DNA from: Felis catus
Lineage: Eukaryota
NCBI RefSeq assembly: GCF_018350175.1
Contig: NC_058383.1
Location: 8,558,001 to 8,622,000 of the forward strand
Length of the DNA stretch: 64,000 bases
Reading direction: 5' to 3'
A model generated the notes under the pieces. That model was not told where the DNA came from, made no database searches, and was given only the letters and a program-made list of their open reading frames with translations. This document shows positions 61,857-64,000 of the stretch, in pieces (the stretch's first letter is position 1; every line of letters starts with the position of its first letter). A program made the translations under genes and the position numbers.

Positions 61857-61935
61857 TGTTTTGATTGCCATCCTTAATGGCTGTGAGGGTAAGATGTCCT
61901 TGTGGTTTTGATTTGTGTTTCCGTAATGATGGCAC
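60950..61935 (-). mobile_element. L1 (L1MA/MB-like) 3' end, interrupted by a SINE
   Basis: ttttgtgactggcttatttcgctcaac, ttttaaggctgaatagtattcc, ctgctgtgaacatt, tatacccagagg, ctgttttccacagcggc. Confidence 0.85.
61631..61814 (-). mobile_element. CanSINE flanked by (TG)n and (TTTA)n
   Basis: Reverse-complement SINEC body ending gccacccaggtacccc. Confidence 0.88.
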
Positions 61936-62032
61936 TTATTTTTAATAACTTATTTAAACTTAGTATCTCATCTGTGGGTGCTTCAAGATGGGGAATGTAT
62001 TTTGTGAGCCACCTTAATTCTAAAAACAATGA

Positions 62033-62188
62033 GAGGTACCTGGGTGGCTCAGTCGGTTAAGCGTCCAACTCTTGGTTTTGGCTCAGGTCATGATCTCATG
62101 GTCCGGCTCTGCGCTGACAGCATGGAACCTGCTTGGGATTCTGTCTCAAAATAAGTAAGTAATAAGTAAATAAGTAAACTTTAAAAAA
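62033..62188 (+). mobile_element. Internally deleted CanSINE
   Basis: cctgggtggctcagtcggttaagcgtcc head. Lacks the B-box region and the (CT)n block; A-rich tail. Confidence 0.82.
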
Positions 62189-64000
62189 TTTTTTTAAACT
62201 GGAAAATACTAGTTCCTAAACAGTATTCACGATGGATATTATCGTTTGTCTGAAAGGCTTTGTAGAATCCCCCAAATGAGACCAGTCCTCTGAGAGTTTA
62301 TCATGAAGAAGCGGAAAGCCAGAGAGGGCTGAGTCTTTGCCCACGGCCTCAACCCCACAAGAGGGGAGAGAAGGCTGGAGCCTCCTGGGATCTGAGGTCC
62401 GAGTCTCCTGTCTGCCCTGTCCTTCCACGCGCCCTGCTGTGGTGTTTGGGTGGCGAGGGCCAGGTGCACAAAGCCCTGCTTGTTTGGCTACACATGCCCA
62501 CCAGCAATTGCTCGTATTACAGAGTGGTTATTCTTATTTGTCAAGAAACCCAGAACAACTGTTTTTATTCTTCACAGTGGATGCTTATGCACATGACCTT
62601 TTGAGAACATATTTCTGGATGCTGTAGAGGCACTGATGTTCATGCAGATCAGCTCGAGTTAAATCTTTTCTTTCTTTCAGTTGCAGTGGTCTCTGTGCCT
62701 TTAAGAATTGCACTTTGTGGAGTTACTGTGTTTCTCATGCCGTTAAATGTTTATTAGACATCCTGTATAATTTAGTATATTATTTTCAGATGACAGAAGA
62801 GCCCCTTGGCAGAGAGCGGTGTTAAAGTCTGATGTTAGTTAAGCCCTGTCATGGTTGGTGCTGTACAGGGCTGGGTGTCTGGTGCACGTGGGCAGGACGG
62901 GGCAGAGGGGGGCATCGGACCGTCAGCTGCAAGCAGCCATGTAGCCTGTGTCACGTTGCCTGTCCTCCTAGGGGCAGCCGGCCTGGGTTTACACACTTGT
63001 GCGTAGTCTGTGAACCCAGATATTCACGAACAGAGGAAGCCCGTGCGTACGCCTTGCAAGGGCACGGATGTGCCGAGTGCAGTTCATGATGGCCACGAAC
63101 CAGCGAGGTTCATTTGCTCCTTCATGAAGTTCGTCTTTACCGCTTGTTAGGGAGAGCCGGGCACAATGCTAGGAGCTGGGGATTGTGACGGCCCCTGCCC
63201 TCACGGGACTTAGATTTTAGTGGTTCCAAAGGAAAACAACACTTGCTTTTGTGAGACCTTGGCGAAGCAAACGACCTTGAAATCTACCAAAGGAAGAGCT
63301 TTGGAGTGCTCGTTTGATAGTCTGCAGACAAAAAAAAATCACATCAGACCCTTTGTTGCAGACGTGAACATTTATTTTAAGGGCTCAAATTAAACCGGAG
63401 TAGATAAACGAGCAGGCGTAGTTTTTTGCTGATCGTTCACGGCTGATGCAATCCACAACTCCGTACGTTGCTGCTGGCAAATGGAATCGTGAGAATTTCA
63501 ACCCTGAGACATTCCAGACAGCCCAAGCCGTAAAACGTTGACGTAAAGGTGATTCTACTTTGTCCTCTGACTTCAAAGCTTCTAGAGAAGGCACCACGGG
63601 GGGCCTGTGGGGGAGATTGGCATATGAGAAGGTTCACAAAGTTTCATAAAAGTTAGATTTGAAGTTTCAGTGTGGTTTGATTTTCCATGGTGATAATTAA
63701 CGTGCTCTGTGTTTCCACAAGCCTCTTAGCTCTGTTTTCTTCAGAATGCTTAAGTTTACAAAGCAGAGAAGAGCATGGCGGTCTCTTCCACAGAGATGCC
63801 TTCCACAGAGATGCCTTCCAGAATGTGCGCGGTGGAGCCAGCTCGGGGTGGGGGTGGGGACAGCAGTCCAGTGGTTCAGGTGGCCCTTCGGAAGCTCAGT
63901 TTTAATGGCGGACTGTTGATTTCAAGTCTGGCCACCAAGAGGCGAGTCTCCCAGCCCTAGCCACAGCGACGCGCCTGCACGTCCTGGGGGTGCTGGCAGT

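Larger units (their letters stand above)
27653..64000 (+). other. CUX1: CUX1 intron 1 (partial; continues beyond the window)
   Basis: Follows the exon 1b donor. No RELDATATVLANRQDESEQ-coding exon 2 seen by eye or in the ORF track. Recognisable L1 fragments here are antisense, as typical within a + strand gene. Confidence 0.8.

Noticed and set aside
63785..63820. Short tandem duplications (15-bp unit here; 12-bp units near 33383 and 41930; 18-bp unit near 19698)
   Set aside because: Ordinary two- to three-copy slippage duplications with no further structure.

Overview
Eukaryotic DNA from a felid (cat-like) genome, judged by many carnivore tRNA-derived CanSINEs, including young SINEC_Fc-type copies. 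The window holds the 5' end of CUX1 (cut-like homeobox 1 / CASP locus) on the + strand. About 24 kb of repeat-rich upstream sequence is followed by a split CpG island (~24.2-24.6 kb and ~25.1-27.8 kb). The island carries two alternative first coding exons: [21 protein letters not shown] at 26026-26088 and MLCVAGAKLK at 27623-27652, both ending at phase-0 GT donors. The remaining ~36 kb is intron 1; I did not find exon 2 (RELDATATV...). Nearly all ORFs in the track are spurious, arising from GC-rich sequence, SINEs or simple repeats. I see no new protein-coding or prokaryote-like system. The best leads are regulatory inferences: a helically phased cluster of CUT-domain ATCRAT sites beside a second YY1 motif just inside intron 1 (possible autoregulation), uORFs at exon 1a, several AT-rich homeodomain-motif islands resembling conserved enhancers, SINEs re-targeting the same insertion sites, and a 234-nt pure pyrimidine tract. 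Repeat subfamily names and boundaries are by eye and approximate.
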